In this document: in pieces, positions 47,395-59,005 of the stretch | How positions within the stretch are numbered: the stretch's first letter is position 1 | Layout of the letters: each line of letters starts with the position of its first letter | Assembly: GCA_950097015.1 (NCBI GenBank) | Contig: CATNEN010000034.1 | Span: 4,712,001-4,776,000 of the forward strand | DNA: 64,000 nt | Origin: Macrostomum hystrix | Taxonomy: Eukaryota; Animalia; Platyhelminthes | Reading direction: 5' to 3' | Translations under genes and position numbers: made by a program | The notes under the pieces: model-generated | The model's input: the letters and a program-made list of their open reading frames with translations, nothing else | Told to the model about the DNA's origin: nothing | Databases searched by the model: none

Positions 47395-48526
47395 GCCCTA
47401 ATATCGTATAGAGGGCTGAATGGCCGATGCAAATTGAGAATCACGGCAGATAATAACGTGCTTTAATTACTATTAATAAATTAAATTAAATTGGCAAACA
47501 AAATTGTTGATTGGCTGTGTCAGTACAATTATAGATATAATTGCCTTAATAATTCGATTCAATTTAATTCACCCGCTTTTTATTATCTAATTAATAAGTC
47601 GACAATTTGGTTTATTTAAATAAATGTTGTCTGCCTTGTCTAGCAAGCCTAGCCCGAATGCATAATCAGCTTCCGCGCCACTTTCGTGTTGATGAAATCT
47701 ATTTCTTTTTATCTTTTATTTCTTACATCTAGTGTCTGTTTGTGTCTGCGCCGCGTGCTCGCGTTTCAAGTTTTTCTAAACATGTCGGCAAACTGTATTA
47801 AATCATATCTTGTGAGCAGCATGCTCTGTTATTAATAATTTGACTTTCTATAAAGCTTTTTATGATACTATCGTGATATTTTGGTGTTTTTGCTAGCCAG
47901 CGTATTTTATTTATTCGTTTACAAACGGAACTTAACTTATTTGATTACATTGACAACAAAGCAATAAGTGATTGTTTAGGCCTGACTTGCAGGCACTGCT
48001 CTGGGCTCCTCCCCTTACCGATATTTTTTCTTGCTCTTCTCCGACTTTCATTTCTCTGCACATTTTCCTAAAATTAATGTTGCCCTGATCCTCAGTCCTG
48101 ATTTGATCCCAATTTGACTAATTGACTAAAGTGATTTTTGACAATTTTTTCCTCAATGAATCAATAAAAGAGCCTTTGTTCTCATTTAATTGCTGCAGTT
48201 AATGTGTTTGATATTATTTGTTTGATTTTTCTTTCGAGTAAATCTATTTTTCTAGAAGTTATTAATTTTTCTAGTAGTGAATTAAACAATGTATTTGTGT
48301 TGTTGTTATGTTTAATAATTATTTGACACATCAGTTCATTTTCTATCCGATATCCATCAAATTATATTATATACTCGTATGTGGCCCTTAATCAGTTTTT
48401 TCTTAATGCTAAAAGTTGACAAAAAAAATTATTTAACCTGATTAACTTAATAAACAGCGTTTTAATTTGTCTTAATAATTTGCTTCTAATCCTTATCTAC
48501 ATCCTGGTCTGATAACGGGCATTGCG

Positions 48527-48851
48527 GGCACATCACTTGGTGACACTAGACCCGCAGCCGGCGAGGCAATTCTGCCCATTGCGCTGACTCCTGAGCACAC
48601 ACGCACACAGTTACTGTACACAGGCACACGCTCACACAGGAGTGTACATCTGCCCTGACTTTCTCATCGTCAGGCAGTGTACACTCTCACTGTGTCTTGG
48701 AGGTTGGCCCTCAAGGGCGTAAATTGCACGACAAGCCCCCAAGCCTTCTCTCCGCGTCTGCGCCCCAAATGAATTTGGCCTTGCCGCGGAATCGAGCTCA
48801 GGGACCTCGGTGCGAGAGGAAAAACGCTTTTGACCGCTCTGCCACCGACCC
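48527..48851 (-). mobile_element. tRNA-derived SINE, copy 3 (uninterrupted)
   Basis: Colinear with copy 1 minus the LINE insert; minus-strand head GGGTCGGTGGCAGAGCGG...GCTCGATTCC. Confidence 0.8.
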
Positions 48852-49308
48852 TGGTCTGTTTTTTCTGCATTCTCATCCGAAATCATGGTTGGCAAATACA
48901 AATTTATCTCATAAAGCATTGGTGTCATTTTCTATACTACGTGCAATACATTAAATGTGTACTCATGTATGCTTATTCGTGTACTCACTGATTGGGAGTA
49001 TCGTGTCTTTTCATTCTGTGGTTCTACTTGGTCATATGATAGTAAAGTGTGTGTAAAATATTTTATTTCGTAATTTGGCTCAGTAAATCAGTAAAAAGCC
49101 TGTTGATAGAAGAATGTTTTGGTATCCATGGAAACGTAACGTAGGCTTAGCTTAAGTCGCATACCAATGATACTATGGGAAACATCCAATAAGCACTAGC
49201 CAATTGCTTGGAGCTTGACTGCTTATAAGTAACACTTTGCTATTGAACCTTAGCAACTGCAGGTTTCATAGCTTAGTTAAGAGAGTAAAGCTACTTACAC
49301 AAACTCAA

Positions 49309-50374
49309 ATGGGTGCGTTACCATTAATCGTTGCTTGCATCTGCCTCACAACTGTGTTAGCTGCTTCAGGTAAAGTAACTAATTTAAATGTCTTATGATC
49401 TTATTATATATGTCTATACAATCAGCACTAATAATTCTGTCCAAAACCTGCCAAAACACTTTCACCCAATCACACTATTCACGAGACCGCCGTTCACCCA
49501 ATCACACTATTCACGAGACCGCCATTCACCCAATCACACTATTCACGAGACCGCAGTTCACCCAATCACACTATTCACGAGACCGCCGTTCACCAAATCA
49601 CACTATTCACGAGACCGCAGTTCACCCAATCACACTATTCACGAGACCGCCGTTCACCAAATCACACTATTCACGAGACCGCCGTTCACCAAATCACACT
49701 ATTCACGAGACCGCCGTTCACCCAATCACACTATTCACGAGACCGCCATTCACCCAATCACACTATTCACGAGACCACCATTCACCCAATCACACTATTC
49801 ACGAAACCGCCGTTCAACCAATCACACCATTCACGAGACCGCCGTTCACCCAATCACACTATTCACGAGACCGCCATTCACCCAATCACACTATTCACGA
49901 GACCACCATTCACCCAATCACACTATTCACGAGACCGCCGTTCACCCAATCACACTATTCACGAGACCGCCGTTCACACTGTCTTCTCCGCGGCATCTCT
50001 AAATCTTTCTCACAGTTTCCAAATCGCCCAATCATCTGTCATCTCTTAACCTGCAGCTGTGACTGTCCCAGTGCTGCTCACAGTTCAGGAGTGCGAAAGT
50101 CAAACTGCCTATCTGGACTGCTCAACAACCAGCGCGGGTGTCATCCGCATCCTCGCAGTTGTCTATGGTCGCATCGCTGGCTATACAGGACTGGACAGCA
50201 GCTGTCCTGGGACAGCCCCAGCTGACTGTCTCAGCAGAGAAGCTTATCGCGTCGTACAAACCGAATGTAATAACAAGAGCAGTTGCTCAGTGCCAGCCAA
50301 CAATGATCACCTGAGGGGCGATCCTTGTTCCGGTGTTATAAAGTTCCTGGTGGTTAATTACACCTGCCTGCATC
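49309..50374 (+). CDS. Secreted SUEL-type (rhamnose/galactose-binding) lectin; exons 49309-49369 and 50057-50374, downstream exon(s) unresolved
   Basis: Exon 1 signal peptide MGALPLIVACICLTTVLAAS; exon 2 CESQTAYLDC...VYGR...C...C...CNNKSSCSVPANN...GDPCSGVIKFLVVNYTC; phase-1 GT-AG intron; GTGAGT donor at 50375. Confidence 0.85.
49461..49978. repeat. Minisatellite, 32-bp unit TTCACCCAATCACACTATTCACGAGACCGCCG (SUEL intron 1)
   Basis: About 16 copies. Confidence 0.95.
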
Positions 50375-50402
50375 GTGAGTCTATCTAAATAATAATCTTA
50401 TT

Positions 50403-52907
50403 TTGATCCTCAACTTCAGGCACTCATTGATCCTCATCTTCAGGCACTCATTGATCCTCAACTTCAGGCACTCATTGATCCTCAACTTCAGGCACTCATT
50501 GATCCTCAACTTCAGGCACTCATTGATCCTCATCTTCGAGCACTCATTGATCCTCAACTTCAGACACTCGTTGATCCTCAACTTCAGACACTCATTGATC
50601 CTCAACTTCAGGCACTCATTGATCCTCAACTTCCGGCACTCATTGATCCTCAACTTCAGGCACTCATTGATCCTCAACTTCAGGCACTTTTTGATCCTCA
50701 ACTTCGAGCACTCATTGATCCTCAACTTCAGGCACTCATTGATCCTCAACTTCAGGCACTCATTGATCCTCATCTTCGAGCACTCATTGATCCTCAACTT
50801 CAGGCACTCATTGATCCTCAACTTCAGACACTCGTTGATCCTCAACTTCAGACACTCATTGATCCTCAAGTTCAGGCACTCATTGATCCTCAACTTCAGG
50901 CACTCATTGATCCTCAACTTCAGGCACTCATTGATCCTCAACTTCAGGCACTTTTTGATCCTCAACTTCGAGCACTCATTGATCCTCAACTTCAGGCACT
51001 CATTGATCCTCAACTTCAGGCACTCATTGATCATCATCTTCGAGCACTCATTGATCCTCAACTTCAGGCACTCATTGATCCTCAACTTCAGGCACTCATT
51101 GATCCTCAACTTCGAGCACTCATTGATCCTCAACTTCAGGCACTCATTGATCCTCAACTTCAGGCACTTTTTGATCCTCAACTTCAGGCACTCATTGATC
51201 CTCAACTTCAGGCACTTTTTGATCCTCAAGTTCAGGCACTCATTGATCCTCAACTTCAGGCACTCATTGATCCTCAACTTCGAGCACTCATTGATCCTCA
51301 ACTTCAGGCACTCATTGATCCTCAACTTCAGGCACTCATTGATCCTCAACTTCAGGCACTCATTGATCCTCAACTTCAGGCACTCATTGATCCTCAACTT
51401 CAGGCACTCATTGATCCTCAACTTCAGGCACTCATTGATCCTCAAGTTCAGGCACTCATTGATCCTCAACTTCAGGCACTCATTGATCCTCAACTTCAGG
51501 CACTCATTGATCCTCAACTTCAGGCACTCATTGATCCTCAACTTCAGGCACTCATTGATCCTCAACTTCAGGCACTCATTGATCCTCAACTTCAGGCACT
51601 CATTGATCCTCAACTTCAGGCACTCATTGATCCTCATCTTCAGGCACTCATTGATCCTCAACTTCAGGCACTCATTGATCCTCAACTTCAGGCACTCATT
51701 GATCCTCAACTTCGAGCACTCATTGATCCTCAACTTCAGGCACTCATTGATCCTCAACTTCAGGCACTCATTGATCCTCAACTTCAGGCACTCATTGATC
51801 CTCAACTTCAGGCACTCATTGATCCTCAACTTCAGGCACTTTTTGATCCTCAACTTCAGGCACTCATTGATCCTCAACTTCAGGCACTCATTGATCCTCA
51901 ACTTCAGGCACTCATTGATCCTCAACTTCAGGCACTTTTTGATCCTCAACTTCAGGCACTTTTTGATCCTCAACTTCAGGCACTCATTGATCCTCAACTT
52001 CAGGCACTTTTTGATCCTCAAGTTCAGGCACTCATTGATCCTCAACTTCAGGCACTCATTGATCCTCAAGTTCAGGCACTCATTGATCCTCAACTTCAGG
52101 CACTCATTGATCCTCAACTTCAGGCACTCATTGATCCTCAAGTTCAGGCACTCATTGATCCTCAACTTCAGGCACTCATTGATCCTCAACTTCAGGCACT
52201 CATTGATCCTCAACTTCAGGCACTCATTGATCCTCAACTTCGAGCACTCATTGATCCTCAACTTCAGGCACTTTTTGATCCTCAAGTTCAGGCACTCATT
52301 GATCCTCAACTTCAGGCACTTTTTGATCCTCAAGTTCAGGCACTCATTGATCCTCAACTTCAGGCACTCATTGATCCTCAACTTCAGGCACTTTTTGATC
52401 CTCAAGTTCAGGCACTCATTGATCCTCAACTTCAGGCACTCATTGATCCTCAACTTCGAGCACTCATTGATCCTCAACTTCAGGCACTCATTGATCCTCA
52501 ACTTCAGGCACTCATTGATCCTCAACTTCAGGCACTCATTGATCCTCAACTTCAGGCACTCATTGATCCTCAACTTCAGGCACTCATTGATCCTCAACTT
52601 CAGGCACTCATTGATCCTCAACTTCAGGCACTCATTGATCCTCAACTTCAGGCACTCATTGATCCTCAACTTCAGGCACTCATTGATCCTCAACTTCAGG
52701 CACTCATTGATCCTCAACTTCAGGCACTCATTGATCCTCAACTTCAGGCACTCATTGATCCTCAACTTCAGGCACTCATTGATCTTCAACTTCGAGCACT
52801 CATTGATCCTCAACTTCAGGCACTCATTGATCCTCAACTTCAGGCACTCATTGATCCTCAACTTCAGGCACTCATTGATCCTCAACTTCAGGCACTTTTT
52901 GATCCTT
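50403..52907. repeat. Minisatellite, 24-bp unit TTGATCCTCAACTTCAGGCACTCA (SUEL intron 2)
   Basis: About 104 copies; source of the 834-aa and 905-aa artefact ORFs. Confidence 0.96.
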
Positions 52908-53456
52908 AACTCCAGGCTGGATTCTGCTACCAGTTTTATAGTTGAGACAAAAAATATAATTGTTGCAACTACAAGCGTAGATAATTCCCTAACTAAGGAG
53001 CTAGTTAATTCGGCTGTGAATCAAATATGTCTGTCTGATAAGGCAACTGGCACAAGTCTTATCTCCCCATTGATAAAGTGCAGTCTTGCTGACAAGCCCA
53101 TCACAGATAAGATAAGATAACTCCGCCAATTTCCCAACGGCCAAAGTGGCCAATTATCGAGCCTTCCAGTTAAGATCGGGCGAGGTTTCTTTCATTGACT
53201 CACTCTAGGACAAAATAAAAACATGGTTAGTCAAACAGGTAAGTTATTTTGCGCAGGATGATTGACATTTTTGCTCATTTGTTATTAGGCCTACAGGCGA
53301 AATGTATTTTTCCTTCTCAATTATTCTGTCAATGTATATATACCTGTACTTTAGCTAGTACGGAAAAAAATATATGATTTGAGAATTCAGTTTGATTCTA
53401 ATTGCGAGATGTTTACGTTTTCAACTCATTTTACTCATACTAAAAAACTAAACCCT

Positions 53457-56400
53457 ACTGCGATTCCACTCGCCTAGCTAAATCTTGAGCTCCAGTTCCT
53501 GCTGCGATTCCACTCGCCTAGCTAAATCTTGAGCTCCAGTTCCTGCTGCGATTCCACTCGCCTAGCTAAATCTTGAGCTCCAGTTCCTGCTGCGATTCCA
53601 CTCGCCTAGCTAAATCTTGAGCTCCAGTTCCTGCTGCGATTCCACTCGCCTAGCTAAAGCTTAAGCTCCAGTTCCTGCTGCGATTCCAGCTACAGTTCCG
53701 GCTGCGATTCCACTCGCCTAGCTAAATCTTGAGCTCCAGTTCCTGCTGCGATTCCACTCGCCTAGCTAAATCTTGAGCTCCAGTTCCTGCTGCGATTCCA
53801 CTCGCCTAGCTAAATCTTGAGCTCCAGTTCCTGCTGCGATTCCACTCGCCTAGCTAAATCTTGAGCTCCAGTTCCTGCTGCGATTCCACTCGCCTAGCTA
53901 AAGCTTAAGCTCCAGTTCCTGCTGCGATTCCAGCTACAGTTCCGGCTGCGATTCCACTCGCCTAGCTAAAGCTTTAGCTCCAGTTCCTGCTGCGATTCCA
54001 CTCGCCTAGCTAAATCTTGAGCTCCAGTTCCTGCTGCGATTCCACTCGCCTAGCTAAATCTTGAGCTCCAGTTCCTGCTGCGATTCCACTCGCCTAGCTA
54101 AAGCTTAAGCTCCAGTTCCTGCTGCGATTCCAGCTACAGTTCCGGCTGCGATTCCACTCGCCTAGCTAAAGCTTTAGCTCCAGTTCCTGCTGCGATTCCA
54201 CTCGCCTAGCTAAATCTTGAGCTCCAGTTCCTGCTGCGATTCCACTCGCCTAGCTAAAGCTTAAGCTCCAGTTCCTGCTGCGATTCCAGCTACAGTTCCG
54301 GCTGCGATTCCACTCGCCTAGCTAAAGCTTTAGCTCCAGTTCCTGCTGCGATTCCAGCTACAGTTTCGGCTGCGATTCCACTCGCCTAGCTAAAGCTTAA
54401 GCTCCAGTTCCTGCTGCGATTCCACTCGCCTAGCTAAATCTTGAGCTCCAGTTCTTGCAGCGATTCCAGCTACAGTTCCTGCTGCGATTCCACTCGCCTA
54501 GCTAAATCTTGAGCTCCAGTTCCTGCTGCGATTCCAGCTGCAGTTCCGGCTGCGATTCCACTCGCCTCGCTAAATCTTGAGCTCCAGTTCCTGCTGCGAT
54601 TCCAGCTACAGTTCCAGCTGCGATTTCACTCGCCTAGCTAAAGCTTAAGCTCCAGTTCTTGCTGCGATTCCACTAGTAGCTAGCTAAAGCTTAAGCTCCA
54701 GTTCCTGCTGCGATTCCACTCGCCTAGCTAAAGCTTAAGCTCCAGTTCCTGCTGCGATTCCAGCTACAGTTTCGGCTGCGATTCCACTCGCCTAGCTAAA
54801 GCTTAAGCTCCAGTTCCTGCTGCGATTCCACTCGCCTAGCTAAATCTTGAGCTCCAGTTCTTGCAGCGATTCCAGCTACAGTTCCGGCTGCGATTTCACT
54901 CGCCTAGCTAAATCTTGAGCTCCAGTTCCTGCTGCGATTCCAGCTCCAGTTCCTACTGCGATTCCACTCGCCTAGCTAAAGCTTAAGCTCCAGTTCCTGC
55001 TGCGATTCCAGCTCCAGTTCCTACTGCGATTCCACTCGCCTAGCTAAAGCTTAAGCTCCAGTTCCTGCTGCGATTCCACTCGCCTAGCTAAAGCTTAAGC
55101 TCCAGTTCCTGCTGCGATTCCAGCTACAGTTCCTACTGCGATTCCACTCGCCTAGCTAAATCTTGAGCTCCAGTTCCTGCTGCGATTCCACTCGCCTAGC
55201 TAAAGCTTAAGCTCCAGTTCCTGCTGCGATTCCAGCTACAGTTCCGGCTGCGATTCCACTCGCCTAGCTAAAGCTTTAGCTCCAGTTCCTGCTGCGATTC
55301 CACTCGCCTAGCTAAATCTTGAGCTCCAGTTCCTGCTGCGATTCCACTCGCCTAGCTAAAGCTTAAGCTCCAGTTCCTGCTGCGATTCCAGCTACAGTTC
55401 CGGCTGCGATTCCACTCGCCTAGCTAAAGCTTTAGCTCCAGTTCCTGCTGCGATTCCACTCGCCTAGCTAAATCTTGAGCTCCAGTTCCTGCTGCGATTC
55501 CAGCTACAGTTCCGGCTGCGATTCCACTCGCCTCGCTAAATCTTGAGCTCCAGTTCCTGCTGCGATTCCAGCTACAGTTTCCAGCTGCGATTTCACTCGC
55601 CTAGCTAAAGCTTAAGCTCCAGTTCTTGCTGCGATTCCACTAGTAGCTAGCTAAAGCTTAAGCTCCAGTTCCTGCTGCGATTCCACTCGCCTAGCTAAAG
55701 CTTAAGCTCCAGTTCCTGCTGCGATTCCAGCTACAGTTTCGGCTGCGATTCCACTCGCCTAGCTAAAGCTTAAGCTCCAGTTCCTGCTGCGATTCCAGCT
55801 ACAGTTTCGGCTGCGATTCCACTCGCCTAGCTAAAGCTTAAGCTCCAGTTCCTGCTGCGATTCCACTCGCCTAGCTAAATCTTGAGCTCCAGTTCTTGCA
55901 GCGATTCCAGCTACAGTTCCGGCTGCGATTTCACTCGCCTAGCTAAATCTTGAGCTCCAGTTCCTGCTGCGATTCCAGCTCCAGTTCCTACTGCGATTCC
56001 ACTCGCCTAGCTAAAGCTTAAGCTCCAGTTCCTGCTGCGATTCCAGCTCCAGTTCCTACTGCGATTCCACTCGCCTAGCTAAAGCTTAAGCTCCAGTTCC
56101 TGCTGCGATTCCACTCGCCTAGCTAAAGCTTAAGCTCCAGTTCCTGCTGCGATTCCAGCTACAGTTCCTACTGCGATTCCACTCGCCTAGCTAAATCTTG
56201 AGCTCCAGTTCCTGCTGCGATTCCACTCGCCTAGCTAAAGCTTAAGCTCCAGTTCCTGCTGCGATTCCAGCTACAGTTCCGGCTGCGATTCCACTCGCCT
56301 AGCTAAAGCTTTAGCTCCAGTTCCTGCTGCGATTCCACTCGCCTAGCTAAATCTTGAGCTCCAGTTCCTGCTGCGATTCCACTCGCCTAGCTAAAGCTTA

Positions 56401-59005
56401 AGCTCCAGTTCCTGCTGCGATTCCAGCTACAGTTCCGGCTGCGATTCCACTCGCCTAGCTAAAGCTTTAGCTCCAGTTCCTGCTGCGATTCCACTCGCCT
56501 AGCTAAATCTTGAGCTCCAGTTCCTGCTGCGATTCCAGCTACAGTTCCGGCTGCGATTCCACTCGCCTCGCTAAATCTTGAGCTCCAGTTCCTGCTGCGA
56601 TTCCAGCTACAGTTCCAGCTGCGATTTCACTCGCCTAGCTAAAGCTTAAGCTCCAGTTCTTGCTGCGATTCCACTAGTAGCTAGCTAAAGCTTAAGCTCC
56701 AGTTCCTGCTGCGATTCCACTCGCCTAGCTAAAGCTTAAGCTCCAGTTCCTGCTGCGATTCCAGCTACAGTTTCGGCTGCGATTCCACTCGCCTAGCTAA
56801 AGCTTAAGCTCCAGTTCCTGCTGCGATTCCAGCTACAGTTCCGGCTGCGATTTCACTCGCCTAGCTAAAGCTTAAGCTCCAGTTCCTGCTGCGATTCCAG
56901 CTCCAGTTCCTACTGCGATTCCACTCGCCTAGCTAAAGCTTAAGCTCCAGTTCCTGCTGCGATTCCAGCTCCAGTTCCTACTGCGATTCCACTCGCCTAG
57001 CTAAAGCTTAAGCTCCAGTTCCTGCTGCGATTCCACTCGCCTAGCTAAAGCTTAAGCTCCAGTTCCTGCTGCGATTCCACTCGCCTAGCTAAAGCTTAAG
57101 CTCCAGTTCCTGCTGCGATTCCAGCTACAGTTCCTACTGCGATTCCACTCGCCTAGCTAAATCTTGAGCTCCAGTTCCTGCTGCGATTCCACTCGCCTAG
57201 CTAAAGCTTAAGCTCCAGTTCCTGCTGCGATTCCAGCTACAGTTCCGGCTGCGATTCCACTCGCCTAGCTAAAGCTTTAGCTCCAGTTCCTGCTGCGATT
57301 CCACTCGCCTAGCTAAATCTTGAGCTCCAGTTCCTGCTGCGATTCCACTCGCCTAGCTAAAGCTTAAGCTCCAGTTCCTGCTGCGATTCCAGCTACAGTT
57401 CCGGCTGCGATTCCACTCGCCTAGCTAAAGCTTTAGCTCCAGTTCCTGCTGCGATTCCACTCGCCTAGCTAAAGCTTAAGCTCCAGTTCCTGCTGCGATT
57501 CCAGCTACAGTTCCGGCTGCGATTCCACTCGCCTCGCTAAATCTTGAGCTCCAGTTCCTGCTGCGATTCCAGCTACAGTTCCAGCTGCGATTTCACTCGC
57601 CTAGCTAAAGCTTAAGCTCCAGTTCTTGCTGCCATTCCACTAGTAGCTAGCTAAAGCTTAAGCTCCAGTTCCTGCTGCGATTCCACTCGCCTAGCTAAAG
57701 CTTAAGCTCCAGTTCCTGCTGCGATTCCACTCGCCTAGCTAAATCTTGAGCTCCAGTTCTTGCAGCGATTCCAGCTACAGTTCCGGCTGCGATTTCACTC
57801 GCCTAGCTAAAGCTTAAGCTCCAGTTCCTGCTTCGATTCCAGCTCCAGTTCCTACTGCGATTCCACTCGCCTAGCTAAAGCTTAAGCTCCAGTTCCTGCT
57901 GCGATTCCAGCTCCAGTTCCTACTGCGATTCCACTCGCCTAGCTAAAGCTTAAGCTCCAGTTCCTGCTGCGATTCCACTCGCCTAGCTAAAGCTTAAGCT
58001 CCAGTTCCTGCTGCGATTCCACTCGCCTAGCTAAAGCTTAAGCTCCAGTTCCTGCTGCGATTCCAGCTCCAGTTCCTACTGCGATTCCACTCGCCTAGCT
58101 AAAGCTTAAGCTCCAGTTCCTGCTGCGATTCCACTCTCCTAGCTAAAGCTTAAGCTCCAGTTCCTGCTGCGATTCCACTCGCCTAGCTAAAGCTTAACCT
58201 CCAGTTCCTGCTGCGATTCCACTCGCCTAGCTAAATCTTGAGCTCCAGTTCTTGCTGCGATTCCAGCTCCAGTTCCTGCTGCGATTCCACTCTCCTAGCT
58301 AAATCTTGAGCTCCAGTTCTTGCTGCGATTCCACTCGCCTAGCTAAAGCTTAAGCTCCAGTTCCTGCTGCGATTCCACTCGCCTAGCTAAAGCTTAAGCT
58401 CCAGTTCTTGCTGCGATTCCACTCGCCTAGCTAAAGCTTAAGCTCCAGTTCTTGCTGCGATTCCAGCCACAGTTCCGGCTGCGACTCCACTCGCCTAGCT
58501 AAAGCTTAAGCTCCAGTTCCTGCTGCGATTCCACTAGCTAGCTAAATCTTGAGCTCCAGTTCTTGCTGCGATTCCAGCTCCAGTCCCTGCTGCGATTCCA
58601 CTAGCTAGCTAAATCTTGAGCTCCAGTTCTTGCTGCGATTCTAGCTCCAGTTCCTGCTGCGATTCCACTAGCTAGCTAAATCTTGAGCTCCAGTTCCTGC
58701 TGCGATTCCACTCGCCTAGCTAAAGCTTAAGCTCCAGTTCCTGCTGCGATTCCACTAGCTAGCTAAATCTTGAGCTCCAGTTCTTGCTGCGATTCCAGCT
58801 CCAGTCCCTGCTGCGATTCCACTAGCTAGCTAAATCTTGAGCTCCAGTTCTTGCTGCGATTCTAGCTCCAGTTCCTGCTGCGATTCCACTAGCTAGCTAA
58901 ATCTTGAGCTCCAGTTCCTGCTGCGATTCCACTCGCCTAGCTAAAGCTTAAGCTCCAGTTCCTGCTGCGATTCCACTAGCTAGCTAAAGCTTAAGCTCCA
59001 GTTCC
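53457..59005. repeat. Composite satellite of 44-bp and 24-bp units with a higher-order period of about 1 kb
   Basis: CTGCGATTCCACTCGCCTAGCTAAATCTTGAGCTCCAGTTCCTG plus a 20-bp-deleted variant; resumes at 61073-61152 after the LINE. Confidence 0.95.

Noticed and set aside
50381-53120. 834-aa and 905-aa ORFs
   Set aside because: Both are translations of a 24-bp minisatellite lying in an intron
52942-53120. Third SUEL exon LETKNII...DKIR
   Set aside because: Phase-compatible, but it has no domain similarity and competes with other acceptors; left unresolved
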